A stretch of DNA of 64,000 bases from Candidatus Poribacteria bacterium. Lineage in GTDB: Bacteria; Poribacteria; WGA-4E; PCPOR2b. The notes below the pieces were generated by a model. The model did not search any database and had not been told where the DNA came from. It saw only the letters and a list, made by a program, of their open reading frames with translations. Below are positions 47,367 through 57,667 of this stretch, in pieces. The DNA lies in assembly GCA_965215015.1 (NCBI GenBank), contig OZ244042.1:4128001-4192000 (forward strand), read 5' to 3'. Both the position numbers and the translations under genes were made by a program. The first letter of the stretch is position 1. Each line of letters opens with the position of its first letter.

Positions 47367-47475
47367 GAGGAGTGCTCATAATTATTGTCTGAATCAGGAG
47401 ACTCAGGATTAACGGATTCACAAGATACCCAGTAACGCAGCACAGGCTTACAATACCTACTTATGAGCACCCCTC
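47367..47475. mobile_element. MITE (15-bp TIR, 8-bp TSD)
   Basis: TIRs GAGGAGTGCTCATAA / TTATGAGCACCCCTC; TSD AAATAGTT at 47359-47366 and 47476-47483. Confidence 0.8.
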
Positions 47476-47522
47476 AAATAGTTAGTGTATATGACTTAGC
47501 ATACGATGATGGAAATGGACTC

Positions 47523-47690
47523 GTAGCCGCAGGTTTCCTAACCTGTGGGCCCGCCGTCCGTTGAAGGGAGACATAGCAGTAGGCATACTCCTTATGCCGT
47601 AACCCCTCGTCGCTACAGAGCCCCAATGGATCGGGATTTCCGCTGCGCTGCAACTTGCCCTCGATTCATCGGGGGTGCCTAACCTGTGAT
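47523..47690. repeat. Cluster of REP-like palindromes
   Basis: GCAGGTTTCCTAACCTGT, AGTAGGCATACTCCTTATGCCG, CCCCAATGGATCGGG, CTCGATTCATCGGG. Confidence 0.55.
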
Positions 47691-47748
47691 CACTGCTGCG
47701 TAATTTCTATAACAGATGCAATTCCCCTATTCATTTATGTGTTTGGAC

Positions 47749-47777
47749 TTGACATCAAATTCGATGAATGCTATCAT
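47749..47777 (+). promoter_or_regulatory. Sigma70 promoter for ruvX
   Basis: TTGACA-17 bp-TATCAT; supports the later start at 47896. Confidence 0.6.
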
Positions 47778-47895
47778 CCGAACTATTAGCCGTCCTCGAT
47801 GGTATAGCAATCAGAGCCTCCCTGCTGACAAACATGTGTCAGTGATAATGGTAGTCACATCAACCCTTAAACTTACAAGCAATGTTTCACCAATT

Positions 47896-48345
47896 ATGCC
47901 GATTATTCTAGGATTAGACATTGGCGATGCACGGACTGGTGTAGCGATTAGTGATGAATTGGGCATTGCCGCTCACCCACTCTGCACGATTCAACGTAAA
48001 AGCAGAAAAGCATTACTGACAGAGTTACAGGAGTTGGCTACCGCTCACAAAGTCGAACGGATTGTCGTAGGGTTGCCCCTTCAACTCAATGGTGAGACAG
48101 GAGCTCAAGCACAGAAAATTAAAAAATTTGCAGAAAAGCTAGCGCAGCACGTTAATCTGCCAATCGTCTTCTGGGACGAAAGTTTCACCACCTTTGAAGC
48201 AACACAAATTTTGAGGGGCACTAAAAAACGGCGTAAAAAGCGAAAGCAAATCGTCGATCAGGTCGCTGCTGTACTGATTCTTGATGCGTATCTGGAGGAA
48301 TTACGCAACTCACGCAGGACAGATGATTCGGACAAAGGGACATAA
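47896..48345 (+). CDS. ruvX: Holliday junction resolvase RuvX / pre-16S rRNA nuclease YqgF
   Basis: ILGLDIGDARTGVAISD, VVGLP, WDESFTT, VDQVAAVLIL. Confidence 0.92.
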   Translation: MPIILGLDIGDARTGVAISDELGIAAHPLCTIQRKSRKALLTELQELATAHKVERIVVGLPLQLNGETGAQAQKIKKFAEKLAQHVNLPIVFWDESFTTFEATQILRGTKKRRKKRKQIVDQVAAVLILDAYLEELRNSRRTDDSDKGT

Positions 48346-48483
48346 AAAATGGGTATGGAAGATATTGAGATCGACAGTTTAGCTACATGTACTTCCACAA
48401 TCGTAAGCTTGATAGGAACCCCTTCATAACTGATTGACGAATGCAATTTTTTTCTTGCGTCAAAGCGTTTTTTAGCATATCAT

Positions 48484-48679
48484 ATGTTATTTGAGGCTAA
48501 TCGGAGGCCCTTGTTTGAACGCGGTTATAATAAACTGATCGGTCTCTTGGTGCCTCTGATTGTTGTGGGGTTGGGCAGTGGAATATATCATCCTTCCTAG
48601 GTTGGATCAGATAGCAACGTCAGATCCATCAGAAGTAGTTAACAAAAACGCCCGTAAAGCGATTGCCCGCCTGAGATAA
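48484..48679 (+). pseudogene. Possible collapsed remnant of a HEAT-repeat protein
   Basis: Short TM-containing ORF followed, in another frame, by LDQIATSDPSEVVNKNARKAIARLR*, a HEAT-like terminal repeat. Confidence 0.3.
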
Positions 48680-49216
48680 GCTGTCATGATTCCATATAAT
48701 AACGGTAAGAGGGCTTGTCTTAACAATGTTGTTGCTAGGAGGCATCGGCAGATTACTGAACCATTGACGTAAAAGTGCATAAACAACGCTAGCGTCAAAT
48801 CTACTATCTCCTTATTCCTAGATATGAAAATTATCACAGGACATAACGCCTGATACCCAATGAATCGGGGGTTTCCGTAGTCAAGAAGTTGACATCCATC
48901 AATCCCAAGCCGGATAAAATCTCAAGGGCGTGAATCCTGTTTCTTTTGAAACGCCCAAACCAATGATGTCGTAGACACTGTTTTTTCAACCGTTGCTGTC
49001 TCCGCTTTATTCCGAATTAGCCTTCCAGATGGAAAAACCCTCGCCTCCAGTCATCCGTATAATAGCACTTGACATCCCTGATTAATAGACACAAAACTCA
49101 TTTTCGCAAGGTCCCTTTAGCTCAACTCTCACATTCCCAGTTGGGGAGATTTCCAGTATCATGGGTTACTGGTTTCCATTTTTGCAATCGTTGAATTTTT
49201 TTAAGAACAAGCTTCA

Positions 49217-50263
49217 ATGAAATTACCAGATATTCGGAAAAATGCACGATGGTATGTTTCCATCCCCCTCTTTAGCATATCAATTCTCAGCACTCTTTTA
49301 ATCTTTATTATAACACTCTATATGGTACGCTATTTATCCCCGGTGGATGCAAATGCAAAACCCATACAATTGAAAATTGTCCGTGGTATGAGCTCGCTGG
49401 CAGTAGCAAATCAACTTGCCCATAAGCATCTAATTCGCAGCTCGTGGGTTTTCCTATTTGCCACCTATCTCAGTGGCGCGAGCCACAGGCTGCAGGTTGG
49501 AACTTACCATCTCAGTGGGGCAATGAGTATACCACAAATTATTGATTATCTCAAAACCGGAAAAGTAATCACACATCAATTGGTAGTTCCTGAAGGCTTA
49601 ACGGTTGCACAGATTGGCAAACTTTGGGAAAAAGGGGGCTTTGGAACAGTAGCCGCTTTCAACGAAGCCGTGGGCAACTCAGAGTGGCGGAGTTACTACA
49701 AGATTGAAGGAAAGACGTTAGAAGGCTACCTATTCCCAAACACATACCAATTTCCTGATGGATCACCTGCGGCGGTGATCATCCAAACCATGCTTGATGA
49801 ATTCGAGCAACGGTGGACAACTGAGATGAGCGAAGAAGCCACGGCACTTGGATTTTCCAAACATGAAATAATTACCCTTGCCTCTATTATTGAAGCCGAA
49901 GCAAGGGTCGCTGAGGAACGCCCTTTAATTTCATCTGTTTTTCACAACCGTCTGCGTCGCGGTTGGAAGCTTCAAGCCGATCCAACAGCACTCTATGGAT
50001 TAGGGAATCCCGATCGGCCACCGAGAGCAGCAGACCTCAGAACCGATTCACCTTATAATACTTATCTTTACAAGGGGTTACCGCCGGGACCAATTTGTAA
50101 TCCGGGTATAGCTTCAATTTTTGCAGCATTACGTCCGGTCTCAGCTGAGTACATGTATTTTGTCGCGATTGGCAACGGCAAGCATCATTTTTCAAGAACA
50201 TTAAAAGAACACCGAAACATGATTAAAAAAATAAAACAGAAGCGCAATTCGATTACTGATTGA
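49217..50263 (+). CDS. mltG: Endolytic transglycosylase MltG
   Basis: EGYLFPNTY, LASIIEAEA, LQADPT, SPYNTY...GLPPGPICNPG. Confidence 0.95.
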   Translation: MKLPDIRKNARWYVSIPLFSISILSTLLIFIITLYMVRYLSPVDANAKPIQLKIVRGMSSLAVANQLAHKHLIRSSWVFLFATYLSGASHRLQVGTYHLSGAMSIPQIIDYLKTGKVITHQLVVPEGLTVAQIGKLWEKGGFGTVAAFNEAVGNSEWRSYYKIEGKTLEGYLFPNTYQFPDGSPAAVIIQTMLDEFEQRWTTEMSEEATALGFSKHEIITLASIIEAEARVAEERPLISSVFHNRLRRGWKLQADPTALYGLGNPDRPPRAADLRTDSPYNTYLYKGLPPGPICNPGIASIFAALRPVSAEYMYFVAIGNGKHHFSRTLKEHRNMIKKIKQKRNSITD

Positions 50264-50383
50264 AAAAGATATGAAGTTGGAAGTAATGCGCTAACAAGTC
50301 CAGATTAAACCGCACTCAAGAGCACATAAACCTTTCAATCAGAAAATCGGTAATCTCCAACCAAACGAAAGGGCACATACTCT

Positions 50384-51646
50384 TTGGCTTCACAACAGAC
50401 CATTCAAAAAGAGGTAACTATCTCAGGAACCGGTTTAATGCTTGGCGAGCCGGTCACCCTCACATTCAAGCCGGCACCAGCAGACCATGGCATCGTGTTT
50501 CACCGGATAGATTTGCCCGATGAACCGGTAGTCCAAGTTTGTTCCGATAACTATCAAGCAGTTATTCCTCGTTGTACAAGCCTCCGTGCTGGGGAAGCGA
50601 CAGTCAATAGCGTTGAACATCTGTTGTCGGCATTCGCTGGTATGGGCGTCGATAACATGCGAGTCGATATTGATGCGCCGGAGTGCCCAGCATTAGATGG
50701 CAGCGCACTACCGTATGTGCAAATCCTACAGCAGGCAGAAATAATTCAACAAGATATACCACGCGCCCCCATTGAGTTGAAAGATCCCTTTGCCGTTTAT
50801 GACGAAGACAAACAGCTCATCCTACTCCCCTCGAACTCCTTTCAAGTATCCTTTGTTTATGATCATCCCAAGCTTCCTGCCCAAATTGAGACCTTTACTA
50901 TAGATCCAGAAATTTACGCCAATGAGATTGCTCCTGCACGCAGTTTTTGCTTTGCTGACGAGATAGAGTTACTCAGAGGGCAGGGCATCGGCAAGGGAGC
51001 GAGTTACGATAACGTCCTTGTCATTGAGGCTGATGGTACCACTAGTAGCGACTTAAGGTTCGCAAATGAATTTGTCCGACATAAGATGTTAGATTTGATT
51101 GGTGACCTTTACTTAATCGGAAAAATTCCCCAAACCCAAGTCGTAGCACTGAAGTCGGGACATGCGCTTCATGCACAACTTATCCTATCAATGGCAGAAA
51201 AAGGGTTGACACAACAGCAAGATCCTGTTGAAATCATGGATATTTTGGAAGTATTGCCGCATCGCTATCCGATGTGTATGCTGGATCGGATTATCGAAGC
51301 GGAGTATGGTAAACGGGCGGTCGGTATTAAGAATATCAGCTTTAACGAGCCTTTTTTTCAGGGGCACTTTCCAGAACAACCCGTTATGCCCGGCGTTCTA
51401 CAAATGGAAGCGTTGGCGCAACTAGGGGCATGGTTGCTGTTAAAGGAGCTAGGTGCTGAAGGGCAAGTCGGATATTTTGTGTCAATTAAGGAAGCCAAGT
51501 TTAGACGCCCAGTTATACCGGGTGATCAACTCCGGTTAGAAGTCGAAGTTCTGCGGAGACGCCGGACTTGGGCGTGGCTTGGCGGTAAAGCATATGTCGG
51601 CGATCAACTTGCGGCGGAAGGAGAGTTGTCTATCGCTCTGGGGTAG
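50384..51646 (+). CDS. lpxC: Bifunctional LpxC / FabZ
   Basis: QQTI, VEHLLSA, DGSA, RHKMLDLIGD; then LPHRYP, FFQGHFP..PVMPGVLQMEA. Confidence 0.95.
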   Translation: MASQQTIQKEVTISGTGLMLGEPVTLTFKPAPADHGIVFHRIDLPDEPVVQVCSDNYQAVIPRCTSLRAGEATVNSVEHLLSAFAGMGVDNMRVDIDAPECPALDGSALPYVQILQQAEIIQQDIPRAPIELKDPFAVYDEDKQLILLPSNSFQVSFVYDHPKLPAQIETFTIDPEIYANEIAPARSFCFADEIELLRGQGIGKGASYDNVLVIEADGTTSSDLRFANEFVRHKMLDLIGDLYLIGKIPQTQVVALKSGHALHAQLILSMAEKGLTQQQDPVEIMDILEVLPHRYPMCMLDRIIEAEYGKRAVGIKNISFNEPFFQGHFPEQPVMPGVLQMEALAQLGAWLLLKELGAEGQVGYFVSIKEAKFRRPVIPGDQLRLEVEVLRRRRTWAWLGGKAYVGDQLAAEGELSIALG

Positions 51647-51669
51647 GGATCGACGATAAGGGTTATGAA

Positions 51670-51975
51670 TTGAAATTCAGTGAATTAGTAAGATTATTGG
51701 AAAAGAATGGATTGAAGCTCGTGGAGCAAAAGGGGTCAATAAGATATAATGGGAAAACTGGTTTGCCTCGGTTGATTTGAGTGGACTATCATGGCGCATT
51801 TAAAAGAGCAGGTGTTCGGCATTCCATCGAGGATTGCTTGTATAAGGCAAAATGGGGCATGAAAGAACATGGGACTTTATTGAAAGAGCAGGGATTGCCT
51901 GTTCTGCCTAAAAATAAAAACCCTCAGATTATTATTCAAAACCGGAAAAAACGATTGCCGCCTGATGTGAATTGA
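51670..51975 (+). pseudogene. Degenerate hicA-hicB toxin-antitoxin remnant
   Basis: MKFSELVRLLEKNG...KGSIRY...LI*VDYHG (HicA-like, internal stop at 51778) joined in frame to HSIEDCLYKAKWGMKEH..LLKEQGLPV (HicB-like). Confidence 0.65.
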
Positions 51976-52066
51976 TAGATGAGGGAATAAACCGATTGTC
52001 TCTCACACTGGCATAGACTTTTTGTGTAGTTTATGGAGCCGGCCATTAAAAATAGGGAGAGCAGCC

Positions 52067-52858
52067 GTGACAAAAATTCATGAAACTGCCATCATCCATC
52101 CGAAAGCCGAACTAGACGAGAATGTTGAAGTCGGTCCCTTCTCAATTATTAGCGAGGATGTGCAGATTGGCCGTGGAACTGTGGTTGGTCCGCATGTACA
52201 AATCGACCGGTGGACGACCATCGGTGAAGACTGTCAAATTTTTTTCGGCTCTACACTTGGCAATCCGTCAAAGGACCTCAAGTATGGCGGTTGGCGAAGC
52301 TATACCCGAATCGGCAATCGAAATGTCCTACGCGAGTACGTCTCGATTTCCAGAGCCACGAGCGAGGACGGTGCAACAATCGTTGGTGATAATAATCTCC
52401 TCATGAACTGGGTCAATATCGCCCACGATACAGTTGTTGGAAGTCGGATTATTATGGCGAACTTTGCGACAATCGCCGGGCATGTCCTCATCGAAGATGA
52501 TGCACGGATTGGTGCCCATGCCGCAATTCACCAGTTCGTTCGGGTTGGAAAAATGGCAATGGTTGGCGCATGCTCAAAATTTGTGCAAGATGTACCACCA
52601 TTTACTATGTCCGATGGACACCCCGCCCGTGTGCGTAGTTTAAATATTGTCGGGCTTGGCACCTCACAAGTTCACCCCATGGCGTCACTCTCCCCTGAAA
52701 CCATTGGACACCTCAAGAGTGCCTATCGCACTCTATTTCGCAGCAAAGTCAACCTCACACAGGCGATTGCACACGTAAGAGACGAGGGTGAACCGGACGC
52801 GGAAGTGGAATATCTCCTGAATTTTATTGAGAGTTCTCAACGGGGAATCGGCGTTTAG
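52067..52858 (+). CDS. lpxA: UDP-N-acetylglucosamine O-acyltransferase
   Basis: IHETAIIHP, hexapeptide repeats, AHD, AGHV, HQFVRVG, DVPPF; GTG start at 52067. Confidence 0.95.
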   Translation: MTKIHETAIIHPKAELDENVEVGPFSIISEDVQIGRGTVVGPHVQIDRWTTIGEDCQIFFGSTLGNPSKDLKYGGWRSYTRIGNRNVLREYVSISRATSEDGATIVGDNNLLMNWVNIAHDTVVGSRIIMANFATIAGHVLIEDDARIGAHAAIHQFVRVGKMAMVGACSKFVQDVPPFTMSDGHPARVRSLNIVGLGTSQVHPMASLSPETIGHLKSAYRTLFRSKVNLTQAIAHVRDEGEPDAEVEYLLNFIESSQRGIGV

Positions 52859-52885
52859 CCAAAAACGGATTGCAAGGGGACAGCA

Positions 52886-53689
52886 TTGGAAAAACTTGGG
52901 CTCATTGCTGGGGCGGGTGATTTGCCTCTACTGCTTGCACAAGCAGCGTTGGAGCAAGGTAAGATACCGATTGCTATTCAGATTACTCAACCTACCTCCA
53001 AACAGCTTGAAAGTGTTGCTGCAGAGGCGTATTCGTTTGGAATTGGGCAGGTTCGGAAAATAACAAAAACGTTGCTTGATTCGGGTGTGCGAGAACTTGT
53101 AATTATCGGTAAAATTGAAACCAGTATCCTCTTCCGTCCGTTTTTAGTAGATTCCACAGCTGTCAAGATTCTAGCGAGGAGTCGTAACAAAGGCACTCAC
53201 GCGATTGTTGCTTCGGTGATTGAGCACTTTGAATCAAAAGGAATTATTGTGATCGAGCAGCACCGTTTTCTGAAAGGATTGATGCCGAGGGCAGGCGTGT
53301 TGACAAAAAGGCATCCGACCCAATCCCAGTGGTCGGATGTGAGGTACGGGATGCAGCTCGCGCGTCGGGTAGCGGATTTAGGGATTGGACAGACTGTCGT
53401 TGTGAAAAATATGATGGCAGTCGCGATTGAAGCGGTTGAAGGGACAGATGAAGCGATAAATCGGGGCGGGGCACTCGCCGGTAAAGGCATCGTCGTTGCC
53501 AAAGCCGCGGCGACAGATCACGATTTTCGTATCGATGTGCCAACGGTCGGGGATCAGACGCTAAAAGCCCTACATGCAGTTGGTGGCAGCGTGCTTGCCG
53601 TTGAGGCGGAGCGGACGTTTGTCATGAATCAACGCGCGCTTTGCGAAGAGGCAGATCGCTGGAAAATTCCAATTGTCGCTGTGGCTTAA
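52886..53689 (+). CDS. lpxI: UDP-2,3-diacylglucosamine diphosphatase LpxI
   Basis: LGLIAGAGDLP, IGQTVVV, AIEAVEGTD, DFRIDVPTVG; follows lpxA. Confidence 0.9.
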   Translation: MEKLGLIAGAGDLPLLLAQAALEQGKIPIAIQITQPTSKQLESVAAEAYSFGIGQVRKITKTLLDSGVRELVIIGKIETSILFRPFLVDSTAVKILARSRNKGTHAIVASVIEHFESKGIIVIEQHRFLKGLMPRAGVLTKRHPTQSQWSDVRYGMQLARRVADLGIGQTVVVKNMMAVAIEAVEGTDEAINRGGALAGKGIVVAKAAATDHDFRIDVPTVGDQTLKALHAVGGSVLAVEAERTFVMNQRALCEEADRWKIPIVAVA

Positions 53690-53805
53690 CCAATGAGGAA
53701 TTGGTTTTTGCCAGAAATCATACCAGTTTCACCAGATGGAACCATATAGGACATTCATCTGTGGTGGACATACCGTTAGCCGCGGGCTTTTTGGTGCTGT
53801 ATTCA

Positions 53806-54936
53806 TCACAATTCCATGACAACCGTATTGGTCAGGTAGGGGGAATCAAAACGGGTGAGTTCACCGGCACTCAAACCGGGTACAGGGAATAAGCGGGCAG
53901 AAAGGGGTTTGTCCCATCGAATCGAAAGGGAAGCCACATCGGTAAGGATGGCGCAGATTTGATTAATGGACGTATCACCGGGAATCGGGATGGTATCTAG
54001 CCCGGTGCCGCAGACAGCGGAGTAGAGCAGCAAGCTGTCTAGGTTAAAACATCCTGCACGGCTACGGTCTCCCAAAACCTTATCCTCAAGGACCGGGAAC
54101 ATCAACCCCGAATATCCGCATCGCGGCAAATTCAGTGAACCAAGGGCCCGTGTGATTGTCTCTGCGACAGTAAGAGTTCCCCCTTCACCGAATCTACCGG
54201 GCAGTTGGGTCTCAATTGCGCCGGCGATGCTTTCAGCTCCCATCGGAGCCGGTGAGACGTCCAACCCTACAAATCGAATCCCGGCTCCCTTCGCAATGTC
54301 TTCGGCGAGGGCAACAATCTTTCTTCCTTCGTGCTCCATTAGGTCTTTCAGCCGCTCCGACGCAATCTGTAGATTTGATGCGTCAACGAATACGTCATGA
54401 ACAAGATCTGCAGCCTGCCAACCGACCCCGACGTTGAATCCTTCGTCCTGCCAATACGCAGCGGGGAAAAAGGGGGTATTGGGTGGGCAATTCATTATTG
54501 CTGCAAAACGTAGATTGCCAAGACCGTCGTCGGTGTTGTGGGCAATCTGTTTCATGGCTGACGCTGTCTTTTCGGCTGCCTCCCACCCGATTTGTTGGTC
54601 AGGGGTTGTCAACGTGGCTGATGCAAAGAGGGTTCGGCTTTGAGAGATTGCGTCTGGGACGATGGCAAGATAAGCAGGCGTTTGCGGAAGGTGTGGAGCG
54701 ATCGTTCCTAAGCTGAAAAATTCGCCCCCCAACTCAACGACACGGTGATCCAATTCAAGAACTTGACCGAGGCTGGCAATTTCGCCCCACGCTTGGCTGC
54801 TCACCCGTGTGGTCTGGACCTGGTATCCCTTCGCTTCAAAACGCGCCTGGCAGCGACGATTAAAGTCTATTGCGAATTGCAACTGTTCACGGGAAAAGGC
54901 GTCGGGTATTCCTACGGTTACGGTTCGGATTTTCAT
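53806..54936 (-). CDS. DUF711 family protein
   Basis: MKIRTVT, PFFPAAY, GLDVSPAP, GYSGLMFPVLED, YSAVCGTGLDTIP. Confidence 0.85.
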   Translation of the reverse strand: MKIRTVTVGIPDAFSREQLQFAIDFNRRCQARFEAKGYQVQTTRVSSQAWGEIASLGQVLELDHRVVELGGEFFSLGTIAPHLPQTPAYLAIVPDAISQSRTLFASATLTTPDQQIGWEAAEKTASAMKQIAHNTDDGLGNLRFAAIMNCPPNTPFFPAAYWQDEGFNVGVGWQAADLVHDVFVDASNLQIASERLKDLMEHEGRKIVALAEDIAKGAGIRFVGLDVSPAPMGAESIAGAIETQLPGRFGEGGTLTVAETITRALGSLNLPRCGYSGLMFPVLEDKVLGDRSRAGCFNLDSLLLYSAVCGTGLDTIPIPGDTSINQICAILTDVASLSIRWDKPLSARLFPVPGLSAGELTRFDSPYLTNTVVMEL

Positions 54937-55896
54937 GACTCACCATAAATCCCGATTTTCCGATAGCGTTCGCATCGTTGTTCGACCAAGAGTGCTGAAT
55001 CAATCTCCATCAGTTCCTTGAGATGCTTCCGGATTGCAGTTTTAACACGTCTAGTTGCTAGCGGAATATCACGGTGAGCTCCACCGAGGGGTTCGCGGAT
55101 AACTTCATCAATAACGTCAAATCTCAAAAGATCTTCGGCTGTTGGCTTGTAACCTTCGGTCGCTTCCGGTGCGCGTTCTCCCTGATCTTTCCAGACAATA
55201 CTACTGCATACTTCGGGCGCAGCAACACAGTAAATAGCGTACTCCATCATCAGGACGCGATCTCCAATAGCAATAGCTAAGGCCCCCCCCGCTTCCACCC
55301 TCACCAATTATTACAACGATAATTGGGACACGCAAAGTGGACATCTGTGCTAGGTTCTCCGCAATCGCGATCGATTGGCCTCGCTCCTCCGATTCTGCAT
55401 CGTAATGGGCTCCACGCGTATCAACAAAGCAGATCAAGGGACGCTTAAACTTTTCGGCTAACAACATCAACCGTCGTGCCTTGCGGTATCCCTCGGGGCG
55501 GGTATACCCAAAATTCATCTCTTGGCGTTCCTTGATGTTCGTCCCTTTCTGCTGGGCGAGGTAAACGACTGGCTGCCTATCAAACCAAGCCAATCCACCA
55601 ATCAAAGCCCGGTCATCGGCATACAATTTGTCACCGTGCAATTCAATTGCATCCTCAAGCATTGCCTCAATGTAGACGGGTGCCTGTGGACGTTCTGCGT
55701 GTCGTGACAGCCACACTTTATCCCACCGTGTTACCTTCCGAAAGGCTTGCCTTGTAAGGTCTTTTGTGTTCTCATCGAGGGCTTTAATCGCCTTTGTGAG
55801 ATCCATTTCAGGATTCACTTCAGCAAACGCCTTCAACTGAGCAGCATAGTGATTGAGTTCAAGCAGCGGTTGTTCAAAATCTAAGAGGCTTCGCAT
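54933..55896 (-). CDS. accA: Acetyl-CoA carboxylase carboxyltransferase alpha subunit, split by a +1 frameshift in a G8 run
   Basis: LDFEQP, ELHGD, NFG, PEGYRKA, EERGQ, IGEGGSGG, then ALAIAIGD...EPLGGAH in another frame; run at 55283-55290. Confidence 0.9.
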
Positions 55897-56428
55897 AATT
55901 TAGGTTTCTCTATCGATAGGTTGTTCCTATTGATTTTAATTTAGGATAAAATTTTCCGTTTTCTTGTTGACTCATGCCAAAAGAAAGTGTAAAGTAATCC
56001 ACATATAAAAAAAAGAAAGACTAAAGACGGACAACCACAAGGTTCCGATTCTGTGGTTTTGGTTTCATAAAATCTTACAGAACCGTGAATCCACGATGTT
56101 ATAAGTGTTTTCACTCTTGGAACGGAGATTCAGGGAATCCGACACCATCGGGAGTTGCCCCTACAACCTGCCCAAAACCCCAGTTGCACGATTTTTTATA
56201 GAAGCGTTCAGGTTTTCACATATCACGCATCACTCTCTGTCTCAACAGTTGCAAACTAGCACCAAAGGTGATAGGCATTGGTTAACCGAATGTCAATCGT
56301 GCCTATGATAGGTTAAAATCACTATCAGTTGCCCACAAAACGCCAACGGCACTATAATAACAAGAAATGTGTGCGACGGTGACCATGCACCTGCCTTTCC
56401 CGTATTTTATTAATTCCTTCCCTTTTTT

Positions 56429-57508
56429 TTATCGTTTTGTCTCCGATTCATTCTCCGGGCCTTCCTCCCGTTCAAACAGTGCTTTAACAAAATCACGCCC
56501 GACGAAATCGCGGAGATCGTCTAGTTTTTCACCAATCCCAATCAATCTAACCGGGGCACCAATCTCCTTTTTTACGGCGATGACAATCCCACCTTTCGCT
56601 GTACCATCTAGCTTCGTCACAGCGACACCGGTGATAGGAATTGCTTCGTTGAAAACCCTCGCCTGCATAATCGCATTCTGCCCTGCTGTTCCATCAAGGA
56701 CAAGCAGCACCTCATGCGGTGCCTCCGGAATCGCACGCCCCATCACCCGCCCAATCTTTGCTAACTCATCCATCAATGGCTTTTTTGTGTGAAGTCTCCC
56801 AGCGGTGTCAATGATGAGTAGGTCCGCCTGACGAGACTGCGCCGCCGCAATGGCATCGAAAACGACCGATGCTGGATCTGCTCCTTCGCTGCCTCGGATT
56901 AGCTCTACACCAGCGCGGTTACACCAGATAGCCAATTGGTCCACTGCCGCTGCTCGGAAGGTATCTCCTGCAGCAACAAACACACGCTTTCCCTCAAATC
57001 TGAAACGGTGTGCTAGTTTACCGATGGTCGTCGTTTTACCAGCACCATTGATGCCGAGCACCAAAATTGTATGTAGTTGACCTCCATCAACGTTGATATG
57101 GGCGTCTTCTCCAAGCACATTCAACATCTCTTGCTTGAGAATCTCTCCCAATTCGGACGCATCTTTTAGTCCTTTCTCCCTGACAACCTCGCGCACATTG
57201 TCCATCAATTCCAATGTAGTGTTGACACCCACATCGGCTTGGATTAAGATTTCCTCAATTTCCTCCATCAATTCTTCATCAACTGTTCTGCCAACGTACA
57301 ATAATCCAGAAATCTGTCCTATAATACTATTTCGGGTCTTTGCCAACCCCTGTTTGAGGCGACTAAACCAGCCGCGTTGTTCCTCCGGTGCAGCTTCAGA
57401 CTCTAATAGTTCAGTTGCAGGTTCCTCAACGTTAGTCTGTTGTTCTTCCAACAAAGCATCTGTTTTCCGATTGAATAAATTTCTGAGCATTGATTTCCTC
57501 ATTACCAA
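56429..57508 (-). CDS. ftsY: Signal recognition particle receptor FtsY
   Basis: GINGAGKTTTIGKLA, GDTFRAAA, DTAGR, TKLDGTAKGG. Confidence 0.97.
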   Translation of the reverse strand: MVMRKSMLRNLFNRKTDALLEEQQTNVEEPATELLESEAAPEEQRGWFSRLKQGLAKTRNSIIGQISGLLYVGRTVDEELMEEIEEILIQADVGVNTTLELMDNVREVVREKGLKDASELGEILKQEMLNVLGEDAHINVDGGQLHTILVLGINGAGKTTTIGKLAHRFRFEGKRVFVAAGDTFRAAAVDQLAIWCNRAGVELIRGSEGADPASVVFDAIAAAQSRQADLLIIDTAGRLHTKKPLMDELAKIGRVMGRAIPEAPHEVLLVLDGTAGQNAIMQARVFNEAIPITGVAVTKLDGTAKGGIVIAVKKEIGAPVRLIGIGEKLDDLRDFVGRDFVKALFEREEGPENESETKR

Positions 57509-57595
57509 TACATTCTGAAGTGTTGCAAACAGGAATCTTACTTTTTATGCTGCTAATATATTATACATCAACACTGTCAAGAACGAAACAAAAAT

Positions 57596-57624
57596 TTGAC
57601 ATCCCCGCACGCAAGTCATATAAT
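57596..57624 (+). promoter_or_regulatory. Sigma70 promoter for rhaB
   Basis: TTGACA-17 bp-TATAAT perfect consensus. Confidence 0.75.
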
Positions 57625-57667
57625 ACCGATTTTGAACTGAACCCATAATTGAACCACGAGGGATAAA

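Noticed and set aside
47716-47895. 60-aa N-terminal extension of RuvX in the ORF track
   Set aside because: It contains a good sigma70 promoter, and the family motif begins at ATG 47896.
48680-49216. Possible ncRNA in the long ruvX-mltG spacer
   Set aside because: Only short hairpins and one repeat copy; no recognisable RNA family by eye (a covariance-model search would be needed).
55900-56420. Possible SRP RNA or other ncRNA between accA and ftsY
   Set aside because: No SRP helix-8 consensus seen; the hairpins match the dispersed repeat families.
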